Below the pieces are notes generated by a model. That model saw only the letters and a program-made list of their open reading frames with translations. It had not been told where the DNA came from and did not search any database. A DNA stretch of 64,000 nt from Lytechinus pictus (lineage: Eukaryota): NCBI RefSeq assembly GCF_037042905.1, contig NC_087247.1:6634001-6698000 (forward strand). The letters run 5' to 3'. The translations under genes and the position numbers were made by a program. Below are positions 10,757 to 24,172 of the stretch, in pieces. Each line of letters begins with the position of its first letter. Position 1 is the stretch's first letter.

Positions 10757-13700
10757 CTAGTTATACATCACAAGGTAGGAGTACATGATGATGACGCCGG
10801 GATTGGCCGTAGGATCAGGGTCGGTTCCGTTGAACCAACCAAAGTACTTGATGGAGTTGGATCCCTCCATGTTGACTTGAGAAGTGACGTCAACCACCCA
10901 AGGATCCACCTCTCTTCCGTCGCACCAACCGTCCCGTCCGTACAGCCAAGTCCCGTGCTCGTTGGGTTCAACACCTGTAATGCTCCTTTCCGCACATCCA
11001 TTTGGGGTACCTTCAAAAGAAAAATGAGAAAGGTTAAATCAGTCTCTCGGGAATTGAATCGTTTATGATTACAATTAAACCTGCTTTAGCCACCCAGGCG
11101 CATTTGTAGGGGGGAGGGGGTGGTTGCAGGGGTTCAACCCCCAAGGCTTCAAATTTTTTAGAAAACCCTTTTTTTTTTGTTACGAAAAGACATAATTTTC
11201 ATAATTTTTTTTTTTTTTTGGTGGGGGAGGGGGTCAAATTTTCATTCAACTCAACCCCCCCTTTTAAATATCCTGCGTACGCTACTGTAGCCACCAATTT
11301 TACAGAACGACAACCTGTCTACTCAGACCCCGATTTTCAATAGAAAATGGAAATTATATTGCAGTTTCTTCAAAGATTTTATAATTAGAGACTAAAAGGG
11401 GAGAGCACAAATAAAAATTAAAAACGTAAGGCAATCTTATTTAATTAATTTACTAACTTTTTGTCATGAATCAAGTTGAAATATTAGGCCTATAGGTTAT
11501 TTGTATTCCTCTATAAGATTTGTTAAATAGTACAGCTTACCAGCATTAGTAAATGTGTTGACATTTGGATGACCATTAACAATGAAATGATGAGATGTCA
11601 CACAAAACTCTCCACAGCCATTGTTGTCACTTCCATGACCAGTGATCACGGCATACAAGATGACCTGAAATAAAATATTAATACACATTATTAGCACCAT
11701 ACTTTTCCCCATATGACCAAAAGTGCAATGAAATGAATGAAATTGTTAGAATTGTGCACATGTAGAACTAAATTATATTGTATTATATCATCTATATAAC
11801 TTTAACCTACACTGGTGCTAAAAAGTTGGTGAACCCCGCCAGAAAATCAACATATTTTAAAGTGGTCATGTTCTGCCATGTTTTAGATATTTAATTGTGA
11901 AGTCAGGTGATATAATATTACATTCAATAAAGTGTTACTTTTGTTCCTCTTGGCTTGCTGGACATGAAGGAGTGCATTTTCTTTTGGGATTCACTAACTT
12001 TTTATCACCACTGTATACATGTTGTATACAGCCAAAAAAAATAATAGACAACAGCTTTGCATGCCTTTTGAACTAGTTCTTACGACAAACTGACTGGAAA
12101 TATAATGTAGTTCTAATTTCAGGCATGCATTATACGTTTCCAAGGAGAAACAATAACGAATAATAAATTACCTCAAGTGGAATAAATGCATAAGAATAAA
12201 TTTGGTCAATCTTCTTTGGTCTATCTTTCTTTCTTCTTTCTTTCACATTCTTATTTTCTATACATTATCCCTTCTCTTGGGATTAAACATAGGAGATGAG
12301 AAATCAGGGAAAGATTTTTTTTCACTATTACTGAAAGATGGGATGGATTGCTGTATTCTTTTTTCTCTCTCTCCTAGCTTGGAAGTTCATTATCCTGTGT
12401 GTTATTCTCTTTAAAAATCAAATGTTTCAGGTATTTCATCAGTTCCAATTAATCATTTTAATGTATAAGGTAATCTGTGAATGACGTTTTGATACCTTTT
12501 TAGCTGTCTGGGGGACTGTGAAGTTGATTGGGTGATACTGTGTGTTGTAGGACTGGTTGAATGTACCTCCTCGGAAGAGCGGAAGGATTTGACGCGGATG
12601 TCCTTCAGACAAGACCTTAGCTGTATCAAAGAATTGTAAAGATACCAAAACAAATAGCTAAACAACTTTCAGACAACTAAATTAACTCATTCATCACAAC
12701 TTCATGAGATATACAACTGCTTACACAAGAAAGAAAATATGAGTGAAAGGAAATGATGAATAAAAATGATGAAAGAAACTTTCAGTGCAAGCGAGCGTCT
12801 AATTCTTTGTGTTGAATGCAAATTGCATCCCCCTCCCCCTCCATCCGGGAGCTTGCATCTCCAAAGCACACAAATATTGACGAAGTCACAATTTGGTACT
12901 CATTGATTGACATTTTGTTACTGAAAATATCTTTTGTGAAACAGGGCCCCATCTTACGAAGAGTTACGATTGATCTTATCGACCTCAACTCTATGGAAAT
13001 CCATCAATGTGACAATTTTTTGTACAGAAATTTCCACGATGTCATTTGAAAACAAAGAGGACACTGAATTTTTGAGAAAAATATGCTGCATGTATGAATC
13101 ATACATCATATCTAGAAAATATTTTGAACACAAAATGCATTTCTGGGCCCTGTCTTACAAAGAGTTACGATTGATCCAATCAAACGTAACTCTACAGAAA
13201 TCCATCAGTGTCATAATTTTTTCTACAGGAAATTTGCAAAATGTCCTTTGTAAACAAAGGAGAACACACCAAATTGTCAAGAAATCAATGAATTTTTGGA
13301 TATGCATTCATCTCTATAAAAATCTTTGAACAAACATGCATTTTATATGTTGACTTTGCTGGCTTTCCATAGTTGTGATTGATCGGATCAATCGCATCTC
13401 TTTTGTAAGACGGGGCCCGGTAATTGTTTATACCTGATTTATGAAGTCTGAGACTGAGGGAAGGTTTCCATGGTTGGGCCCACCAGGCAGTTTTCATTGT
13501 GAATGTGCACTGAGAAGACGTAAAGAGTGGAGTTAATGGTGTCACATCGGTCAGCCATCGTCCAATACGTCTGAAAAGAACAAAATTTGTGCACCCTTTA
13601 GACTCTAGATACATCAGTCCAAAGTAATGAATGATAAATTCAACTCATTAAAACAATACCCAGAATACAGAAGAAAAAAAAATTACTTGTGTTTTGGCAA

Positions 13701-16700
13701 ACACCTTGAAAAAATAATACCAAATACATCTGAGAAATACAAAACAAGCATTGAAGTTTTGATTGGTTGAAAACAATCAAGATTGATGTCATCAACTCCT
13801 ATATAGGCCACAAGAATTGCAAATCTCTGGGATTTTTATGTAATATTTGGTGCCAATCAACGACAGAAGCATGTGTTAAATAATGAAGATTTGGCAAGAA
13901 AAAAAAAGTCGGAATATTCACTGACTCTCACCTATCCACCCCCATCTTCCCCCCAGCCCAAAGTTTTTATCGACACACTTTTTTCATCAAGGTGAACTCC
14001 CCTTTAAGAGTTAAAGGGATGGTCCGGGCTGAAAGTATGTATAGCTTAATAGATAGAGTAAAATTCACTGAGCAAAATGCCGAAAATTTCATCAAAATCG
14101 GATAACAAATAACAAAGTTATTGAATTTTACAATTTAGCAATATTTTGTGGAAACAGTTGTCATGAATATTCATTAGGTGGGCTGATGATGTCACATCTC
14201 CACTTGTTCTTATGTATTTTATTATATGAAATTAGGTTTATTCAATTTTTTTCCTCCAAGAACTAGAAAAATAGGATTGACAAATGATTTAGTGCATTTG
14301 ATATTTATTGCTGCAACTTATTTCAGTATAAGGGAGACATATTATTCACACAAGCATAAAATAATGAAAATATTATGATTTTATGTAATAACATAAGAAA
14401 ACGGAAAGTGGAGATGTGACATCATCAGCCCACCTAATGAATATTCATGAAGACTGTTTTCACAAAATATTGCTGAACTTTAAACTTCAATAACTTTATT
14501 TTTTGTTATCCGATTTTGATGAATTTTTTGGCATTTAGCTCAGTGAATTCTACTCTATGTATTAAGATATAAATATTTTCAGCCCGGACCATCCCTTTAA
14601 GCAACAGGCATTTTGAACCTAGCTATTTCCAACAGATCTAGAGCACAAAAACACATCTTCAGACTGGCCTCTGTTTGGGGGCAGAAAATCCAAAGTAAGC
14701 ATCAAGTTGGCTTACCTTCTAAATGCTGTGATCCATCGGCCCAGCTCCATGCCACATAGTGGAGATGTCTGGTCACAGCACAGATATAACTGCACTGTAT
14801 GGTCCCATGGTGGACACGACTCATCTCGAGTCCCAGGACACGATAATGAAGTATCTAGCTCAATCTTGGAGACATCTTATTGAAAAAAAAACAAATACAA
14901 AGAAAAATAATAGAAATTATTTGATTTAAGGCTATAACATTACACTGAAGTAGTATTAGCACAACTAGTAATGTAGTTGAGTTCTACACAGTTGCAACCA
15001 TTCCATTATTGTTCAGTACAGCTACCCTGTGTACACTAATTCCAATTTCCAGCTGTGGCAAAATCTCAAAATGAGTAGAATCCAATAAATTGACTACCCA
15101 AGTGTCTGTATGTAAAAATGGAAAACATGTATCATGATTTTGGTAGATAATTTGCTGAAATATGAGCAAAATAAGCACGAAATTGTAGCCGAGTGATAGG
15201 TTGCTTTCCAAGCAATTGTAATACAAGTTCCCTCCTTCCACATAAATGCTTGTCTGTTTTGGCGAATTTCAGTGTACAGCTTTTTAACATAGATTTAATT
15301 ATTTTACAATGTAAAATTTACATGAATTTTCTACTTGACCTTGATTTAATAGGGTACATTTAGAGGTCAAGTCCACCCCAGAAAAATGTTGATTTGAATA
15401 AATTGAGAAACCAAACAAGCATAATGCTGAAAATTTCATCAAAATCGGATGTAAAATAAGAAAGTCATGAAATTTTGAAATTTCGCCTATTTTGCTCAAA
15501 ACAGTTATATGTACAACTCAGGGATATGCAAATAAGAGTCAGTCATGTCCCTCACTCACCATTTCTTTTGTTGTTTATTGTTTGAATGATACAATATTTG
15601 AATTTCTACAGATTTGACAATAATGGCAAACTTGACTGTAATGTAATCCCATATTTTCAGGGAGAAATTAAACTTTGTTTTACACGACAATGAGGAGAAA
15701 ATTGAAATATTTCATATCATCAAATATGATGTAATCAGTCTCCTCATTTGCATACTGACCAGGATGTACATATAATTGTTTTGTAAAATAGAGCAAAACT
15801 CATAATGTCATAACTTTCTTATGTTACATCCAATTTTGATGATATTTTCAGTGTTATGCTTGTTGGATTTTTCTCTTTGTATTCAAATCAATTTTTTTTG
15901 TGGTGGATTTGTCCTTTAAATCACAATAGTCCTAAATCATTACATGTGCAGAGTTTTGTTTGACAGTTTTATTCAGCATTAGATGAATGAATGATGAAAA
16001 GTCACCTTGGATAGCCAATTGAATCACAGAGAAGACTGTGTTCATTTCAGATTATAATTTGCATACAAGGACCATAACTAATGTTTGAGCACTGTGATCA
16101 ATTTATCACAGAATTGCCCTGGGGCCTGTTGCATGACGAGATGAGCGATACGTAGGAACATCCTAGGACCATTCTTCCGAGATAGGAAGATTGGCGACAA
16201 ATCAGCGCTTTCCGTTTCACGAAGGCAATTTTGTCTTTCAAGTCCGCGACATCGTTTGATATCGATAGTATCGGAAAAATATTTAGTCTTCATCGTCACC
16301 TGAACCTTTTATTTCGGAATGACGACTTTTCATAAAATCATATATTTCAATAAAAGGGGATCAAATAATGTTTTATTTATATCTGATTGTAGAATTGATG
16401 TATGGAGCGTACTTTATGAGGTAAAAAGAGCAAAAACTTTCAAGATTCACAAACATAACTGGATATAAAATCGAAATTTTCATTATTTCCTTTATTTAGA
16501 ACACGGTGTCCTTTTAGAGACACCTTTCATTGATATTTCAACGAAAGAGACCCTTGTCCGACATAAAAATTGATTTAACTAAGTAGTTTCGACATTTTAT
16601 TAGTTCAATATACTGATTTTTTATACATATATATATATATATAATGATGATTTTGCAAATTATGCGTTAATATGTTATCTGTTGAGGTAAAAATAGGGTT

Positions 16701-19700
16701 TGAATGGAGTAAACAAAATCAACAGTGTCTGATTGTATGAGACTAAAATGGAAAATATGAGAGGCTGCCTGTGAAAAATCTAATTTATTTATTTTATTTG
16801 TCAGATATAACGCAAGAAATACAAATGTGAGTGTTTAGAGTATAAAAATACCTCAGTTGCATGATGAGTAACCGAAGACAAGAAAAATATGAAAATTGCT
16901 GCAAACATGTCCAAGTGGATAAAGTAGTGCTTTGAAATAACAATTAAAACATAGAAAAAGGTGTGCAATCCGCAATGGAAAAAATACTATTTACAGAAAT
17001 AATGCTAAATATTACAATGATCATAAACGTTGGTCATCTTTAAAGTTGATCACTTAATTTATGGACGCTTATATAAGAATATAGTTTAAGAATATAAAAA
17101 TAAGATATGTTCAACATTTCAAAGTTGAGGAGTAGAGACTACATTATTGCTTTATAACATTACATAGGGGCCGAAAGGGGCCTACACTACGATTTAAAAT
17201 GCGCCTGTCCGTATGGACTTTCCATAATCTTTTCTTTAATGAACTAGCTTATCTTCATTTGTAATAATTGTGATGGATTCGTAAGCTATAGGCCAAATCT
17301 GTATCTTAAATTCAATTAGCTATTTTGTTAATGCAGACTCTTTTTTGTTTTGTTTCACTGTTTCACATCTCAATTAGTTAGCCCAAATCCGACAATTAAT
17401 TTTCATTGATTAAAATTAATCTCAGCAAAAAATAATGAAAATGAAATAAAAATAAATGAATGATTTACCATGTTTAACATTTTAGTTTTGTATCGTGTTT
17501 TGTTTTAGCTGAAGGTTATAAACATGTTTTTTACCTTACATCATTTCTTTTAAAGAAATTTGTTTTCATGTTGTTTAATTATCTATGAGAAAGCATGAGG
17601 GGTCAGAGAGATAGTGCCGCCCATTTCGATATTTCAAATAAAAATTAATGGAAATGGTGTGGGGATAGGACGGAGAATAAAAGAAAACATATTAAAAAAA
17701 ATATTTGGGCCTACATTACCCCCGGACATAATGCCCGGAGAAGTTAAAATGACATGTTTTTGGTCGTCTTGCCGTGCAAAAAGACGACCTGAAATTGATG
17801 ACAACTAGCCCCCATATAAAAAATAACTTGGCGCCATCCCAGATAAAATGCATCAGTGTGCAACCCCCAAAAAATGTTTAAAGGTGATATGTCAGTGTGG
17901 CTTGCCGTAAACGCATTTTCTCTCAATGCCGACGGTGGCGGGCGGTGTGCAAAGAAGATCATGCCTACGTAGGACATGTCTGGAGGTGTCTTTCCAAGGA
18001 CCATTCTTAGTATCTTCCAAATCGGCTTTGTGAAACAGTTGAGCGATATCTCGTTCTCATGTAGAATGGTTCTACGAAAGACCCTTTCATGCAACAGGCC
18101 CCTGGGTGAGCAAGAAAAAATTACAGGCAAAGGCAAGCCTGAATTTTCCATATTTTTAGAGTGAGGCCACTTTTCTATAGGACACATTACATTTTTTTTA
18201 AATCACAAATTGGAAAAGCTAAAACGGCACAATTACAAAGCCAATGAGAGGTGCAATGAGGCAAATCAATGGGTCAACAAAGGCCAAGTCCATGGCCTTG
18301 GACTAAATCTGGGGCATGTTTCACAAAGATTTAAGCATGACTTGGAGTCGTACTTAGATGCCTATTTGCTATTTGAGTGCGTTACAAAAGGCATGACCAC
18401 ATTCGTCAGATCATGTCAAGAGGATGCACACTACTGCGTATTGATCAATAAGATTGTGCGTTACATATCATGTACGCATCAGCATATAAGTGCGAATCTT
18501 AAGTCATTCTTAAATCTTTGTGAAACACCCCCAGGCCCTGCAACGGGTTAGGAATACAACCAGGGGGTAGAAATTTCATATTGAAAAACTACCTTGTAAA
18601 GATGGAATGTCAACTGTCTGGACTACACCGGCATGCCCTTGCATGATAGTGTCGTTGATCACTGGTACGACTGTTACTTCTTGAGATAGGTTCTTCTTGA
18701 GCTCAGTCTTGTAGTCAAACCTTAATTTGATAGAATCAGAAAAAAGGGATAAAAATACATGAAATATATATGAGAAATATCGTTATATAAATATTACATT
18801 AAGGAATACTCACTGTGTAACTGTTACAAAAGAATTGTGGGCCATATAGAGAAACTTGCTTGGAACACTCACTATGGGTTCAAAGAAGTCATAGGTCGCC
18901 AGTGAAATCTGACCTTTTAGTGACCTCTAGCTCCATGTGAGAAATCTAACACCCCCATTAGGTCTCAATTGGGCAAACCCGATAAGGTCTCAATTAGGCA
19001 AATACAGGCAAAGTTATTGGTCACAATAAAACTCAACATGTTTTGCTCTGTTGGTAACCTTTGACCTTGTAGTGACCTTCATATGCTTTAAATAGAAGAT
19101 TCTGTATGATCGATCTTTCATCCAAGTTTGATTAATTTAAAATTGGAGCTTTAAATAGAGTTATTCAATTGTTTAAAAGCATAATGGGCAGGAATAGTGG
19201 ATGGACTAACAGCGGATGGACAACAGAGGGACAGACGCTAGAGCAAAATCTTAGTCTCTGTCCACCTTTGACGTCAACTGCAAAATATTATGGTTTACAT
19301 TACAAAAATACACAAATACTCACCATTGTGCTTGCCAAACAAAGAATTGGAAAGATGGGTAGAGCAACCAACCCAATTCAGCTAGCTTTCCCTGCTGATC
19401 AATGGCAAAGTAGAAGTTCTCACTTGGGGATGTCTGAAAGCTCACATTCATGGAGTCCTTTTGCACACTGTAAACATAAAATGGGGAAAAACAGGAGGAT
19501 TAATGCCTCCACACTTCCAGATCTGAAACATGGTCAACTTGAGTATTCACATTGCTTTAGAAATCATAAACTTTATACTTGAGATTGAGAATATTGCATG
19601 AATTTTACATAACTCATACAAAATAGTTAAGACCTTTAGACTTAAAAAAATCTCTTATACTTGATAGCCATATTCTTCCAAAAATGTTATGTTTAGGTAG

Positions 19701-22700
19701 ACAATGCTTACTAACTTTATGCCAAAGGTGGTAGAGACAGAAGTCCCTCCTAAGACTATATACAAGAACAAAAATGGGAGTTGATCCATCTACAAAAACA
19801 GAGAGAGGAATGACGATACCCCCTGAAACATAGTGCCTTCAACATCTGTCTTTGATATGGCAGAAGACACAACAATATTCTAAATAATTTAATATTTTGG
19901 AAACCCTTGCTAAAATTGAAGCAAATACATACCTTTGGAGAAGGGCTTGGTTGTATGGAATCATTGTGGCAGGAATACTAGGAGGATCATCACATTCAGC
20001 GCCCTCACAGTTCATATCTTGCACAGGATAGCCTGGTTGACTGTACACTATTACACCGACTGCAGACGAGGCTTCCATTTCTTTCACCTTAATATAATAA
20101 AATGATGCACAGAATAAAATAAATAATTTAATGGCATCATGGTGGTTTTATGTTACCCCTGCAAGAACCAAAACTCGGTTTCACTTGACTTTATGACCTT
20201 GTTCAATTAAACTCTACCTGTGCACTCTTGTAATGCTATCAGAAACAGTTTGTGGTTGAAAGTATGGTATTCTTTGTTTTTGGATTAAAGCATACTTAGA
20301 GAGATGGGGCTATGGACCACAAATAAAATTCATATTGCTTACGCCAAATATTCATCTGTAGGGGCAGACCCATCAGCAGTTTTTGCTTAATCCATTGACG
20401 ACTGAATTCTGTAATTCACAGATACAAAGGACCATTCGGCTCCAGTAGGCACTGGACTAACCCATCCACTACTGAATTTTGTAATTCACAGATGATCTGT
20501 ACAGGAACCATCCAGATCCAGTAGGAAACAGGTTTAGAAAGCTCTGCTGTATTTAATACCTTGTCTGCGAAGCTACAGTCCCCATCAACAACCAGAGCAA
20601 TACGACCTGCAACATATTCACTGGTAGAGCATCCATTTCCAGCAAGCACTACAGATTGTGGTGAAGAGAAAACTTGGGCGGGGGATGGCAGCCAATCGTA
20701 TCGAGCATCCAACCTTTTAAGAATGACTTCAGAGGAGCTTCCTGCAGTTTGAAAAATATATATATGTATTAAGTTAGAAGATGATAATGTGAATTTGACT
20801 GATACATTGATATAGACCCAACAGCAATGTAATATATCTTCTTGCATTAAACCTTTATAAACAAAAAACAAATGTACTGGTATAAACTTCATGCAAGTGA
20901 GGTTTACTATATAGAAAATTTATAATGCACAGTAGGGCCTATATGTTCAGATAATCTATTTCATTTCAACAAACTATATTGCAGTTTTTTAATATAACTT
21001 TATATCACATACATAAAATGGAATAAACTTTTGCCTTTCTCAAGATTAATTTTTCTTGTAATACTAGATCACCCCTGAATTTGTTATCAAGTCACATGTT
21101 GACTTCAAATGTAGGCTATACAAATTAAAATCAAGTATAGGCAACTTGCTCTTCAAAATACAAATAATTTCTGTCATAGAATTATAAACTGGTGACTGGA
21201 AAAACATTGAACCTACTGTTTTTATACTACTTATAAAATTATAAAAATATTTTTTTATCAATATTGAATACTACATTATTCATGTGATGTCAAATAATGT
21301 TAATTTTATTGCAATTTTCGAATATGAATTTTTGAAGTTTTGAATTTGATTGATTGATGGACTGATATACATATAATGCATGCAGCCGAGTGCCTTAGTG
21401 GAAATGCAGAGCACGCGAGGTTTCTTTAGATAGGTGCCGCACTGTGCACGAGCCGCTGGCGGCGAGTGCCCAGTGTGCACCATCTGAAGAAACCGAGCTT
21501 TCTCTGCATTTACTTTTACGCACGACAGAGCAAGTGCATTATTTGTTTTATAAAATAGCAACACAGAAACAAATTCTTAAAAAGTTACAGTACAGTTTTG
21601 TTGGACTTCTCCCGGGACTTCTACCGCATTGGTTTGCTTGAGCGTGCAATGTCAATTTTCATTGCGCACCTTTTGCACTGCCGTGCAGTGCACCAAAAAA
21701 GTTGGATGTCATGTGACGCGTATTGGCCAATCGCGATGCTTGAAATAATGCACCTATTTTATAATAGATTTTATTTCTCATGAAAAAAACAATACAAAAT
21801 ATGTACATTAAAAGAAACCCATAATAATTGAATCAATAATATAGTGAATAGGTATATATGAATTTGAAATTATAAAACTTATGTTGTGAGAGAAATATGG
21901 GAAAAACCAAAAAGCTGCAAGGAGCTTGAACGCTTGATTGCAATTGTGTAAATTGTCATATAATTCAGCTGATGCAATATGACAATAAAACAAACTGTAC
22001 TACTGAAAAAAAAGAATAATTCACTAGCCTGTAATTGATTTGAAGACTGCTTGTGAAAATCCACATCCGTGATCCTGGCAAGCCCATTCCATTAGTACAG
22101 CAGGAAGCCAATTACCCAGCTCATATGTGGGTTGAGTTACAAAGTGAAGTCTGGCTTGAAGATTACAAACTGCCTTTTGCCTGTAATATCAACATATGTA
22201 GGTAATGTATACCCGGTATATGATTTGAATTTGTCTCAGAAAATGTTGAAGTGCAGAAAATCTCCAAAAGTTTGGAGTATCCTGATTTTGAAGGACTATC
22301 AATTTAAAAATTGCTGCATATAATTGATTGTGACTGTAAAATCTTCACAATCAAACCCCTATTAGATCAACATTTCAATATATTTGAAATGTGAAAATAC
22401 ATAACAAAACTTGTTGTGAATTGTGATATCATAATTACTGAAATCTTGGACTAGGAAAATAATATAGAATACCCCTCCCCCTGTAACACACAGAGGAGAC
22501 AAAGAGAAAATTATAACAAAAACTTAGAATAGTAGAAAATATTAGGAAACGGTAAGCAGATAGGTGAACTGAGGTTTTGAAAAAAATCTGACTAAAAATT
22601 ATGAATCAACATGTATAAACCTGAAATTGGCTGAATTGGCATTTCTTTAGTTGTAGTGCACTGAATAGCCAATCAAACTGATCATTGATTCGACACCATC

Positions 22701-24018
22701 CTTTTTTTGAATGAAAGAGTGATAAACTCAAATGCTTGACTTTGGACTTGACAGGTAATCCTACTGAGAGAAGTCAAAGAACCTTAACAGTTTTGTTTCA
22801 TTGTCCCTAGTCAATTTTACCATCTGTTCTGGAGGGGAAGGGGGCAAAAAAAAAACATGAAAATGTCAGTATCTATTCAACAATTCCCAAGCACCAGGCA
22901 GAGTAGATGGCTATTGCTGTCAAAATGACCCGAATTAAATAGTCTTTATTTATTAAAGCAAACATGCTTTAAAAAAAATGCTTAAGACCTGAAAAGAACA
23001 TACAGTCATAAATCTGGAAAAAATATAAACTCGAGTCTAGGTTTGAAGTGATTGTTATAGGGGAACAAAAATTGAAACTGAATGCTAATTGCTTAAACAT
23101 ATTACAAAATGCCTTCCCCTCCAAAAAGGCTTGATTGCAGAATATACCCCTCTACAAAGTACATAAATGCTTTGTTCTATTATGCAAATATATAAATGAT
23201 TGGTTTTTCTGCAATTGAGCTTTTTAGGAGGGGGCAACTTAACATCTTTTAAATGCCAATATTTTTTAGTACCTTAATTCACCTTCCGAAGTCATTTTCT
23301 GTAAAATATTCATTATTTGGTTCTGCATCCACAATGCATCCTGCTTAGCATGGGAGCTTGCAGACATAAATACATAATGCAGGCTTTCAGGACTGGAGGA
23401 TATCGACTTGAGGGATGCCTCAGAAGTCCAAAAACATTCTAGGAATCCGGATCTATTGTCAAATACGTGGAAGATGATGGACTTGTTCAGCAGAACTGCA
23501 CTGGGAAACTGAAGTGTTCCATTGAGTGTCTCGACACTGAAAGACTTTGCATTTTGGCCTGGGATGAAATCTTTGCTAGTCCTGGTTGAACTTGAACTTC
23601 GATCCATATCATCATGATCAAAAACATCTTTCTTGCCAAGTCGAGCATCATGTTCATGAAAAAAGTTTCCATCCTGTCCCTGATTTTCCTGTGTTTTGTG
23701 ATCATTCGCCTTCCAGGGAAATTTATTGGAATGTTCACTATTAAGATTTGCAGTACCGACTTGGATCTTCCTGCTCAAAATTTTCCATTGTAAGTGGGCG
23801 TGGCGGTTCAGAAAGTTATCTTGACGGGAAGCACCACTGCCATTGCCATTGGAAGAGTCGGAGTCACTTGCATCATCTGATTCTGGGGAAATGAATTGCG
23901 AATTGTCTCTTTCTTTATAACCGGTTCCTCTTTGATGCTGTCTCCTCATCATCGGGTCGCTACCTGATACACATGATGAAGCTAATATTAACAAAGTGAC
24001 ACAAACTACCCTGGCCAT
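10757..24018 (-). CDS. PNGase F-type peptide:N-glycanase with signal peptide and PA domain (acid PNGase / Ngly2-like), 11 exons, ~768 aa
   Basis: Exons (minus): 24018-23273, 22180-22029, 20741-20560, 20087-19933, 19467-19324, 18720-18593, 14875-14716, 13570-13434, 12620-12496, 11664-11541, 11010-10757; total 2307 nt, phases consistent (intron 2 needs a GC donor). Signal peptide MARVVCVTLLILASSCVSG; PA domain (GRIALVVDGDCSFADKVKEMEASSAVGVIVY); PNGase F motifs CPPWDHT, ELGRWITAF, ITGHGSDNNGCGEFC, GTWLYGRDGWCDG. Confidence 0.9.
11095..11287. mobile_element. hAT-like MITE with poly-G/poly-C arms
   Basis: CAG...CTG termini flanked by a perfect 8-bp TSD TAGCCACC (11087-11094, 11288-11295). Confidence 0.75.
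11810..12013. mobile_element. Tc1/mariner-like MITE
   Basis: TA|CACTGGTGCTAAAAAGTTGGTGAA ... TTCACTAACTTTTTATCACCACTG|TA imperfect TIRs. Confidence 0.65.
12944..13418. mobile_element. Two tandem/nested Harbinger-like MITE family B copies
   Basis: Truncated copy 12944-~13142 followed by a complete copy ~13145-13418 with both TIRs. Confidence 0.75.
14015..14596. mobile_element. TTAA-target MITE (Kolobok-like, related family) with ~200-bp inverted arms
   Basis: TTAA|AGGGATGGTCCGGGCTGAAA ... TTTCAGCCCGGACCATCCCT|TTAA. Confidence 0.88.
15364..15915. mobile_element. TTAA-target MITE family A
   Basis: AGGTCAAGTCCACCCC ... GGTGGATTTGTCCT|TTAA. Confidence 0.82.
16122..18101. mobile_element. ~2-kb non-autonomous PIF/Harbinger-like transposon
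   Basis: CTG|GGGCCTGTTGCATGA ... TCATGCAACAGGCCC|CTG: perfect 15-bp TIR and 3-bp TSD; no transposase ORF inside. Confidence 0.85.
18312..18531. mobile_element. Harbinger-like MITE family C
   Basis: TIR TGTTTCACAAAGATTTAAG / CTTAAATCTTTGTGAAACA; related copies at ~34207, 54503 and 59789. Confidence 0.75.
21365..21764. mobile_element. Hairpin-headed non-autonomous element (Crypton-like, tentative)
   Basis: GC-rich ~170-bp imperfect hairpin, then IR pair TTATAAAATAG (21548-21558) / CTATTTTATAA (21754-21764). Confidence 0.45.
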
Positions 24019-24172
24019 GTTTCGCGCGAAAATCTAAACTTTATTGGCTCTTTTCGGAGTTGAAATCAGAGATGGGAGAGACTAGAAAGAACTGTGAATA
24101 TGCCGACAGCATTGTTGGTCAGGTGATCTTCAGGTCACGTGACGACGAATGCATTTATGGAAATGAATGGAA
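24019..24172. promoter_or_regulatory. Compact bidirectional promoter with CLEAR-type E-box, E2F-like palindrome and CCAAT box
   Basis: Divergent ATGs at 24018 and 24173; GTCACGTGAC at 24134-24143; TTTCGCGCGAAA at 24020-24031; ATTGG at ~24043. Confidence 0.65.

Noticed and set aside
10768-11016. Listed 82-aa minus-strand ORF
   Set aside because: Wrong frame; the real last exon (GTWLYGRDGWCDG) is in another frame ending at 10757.
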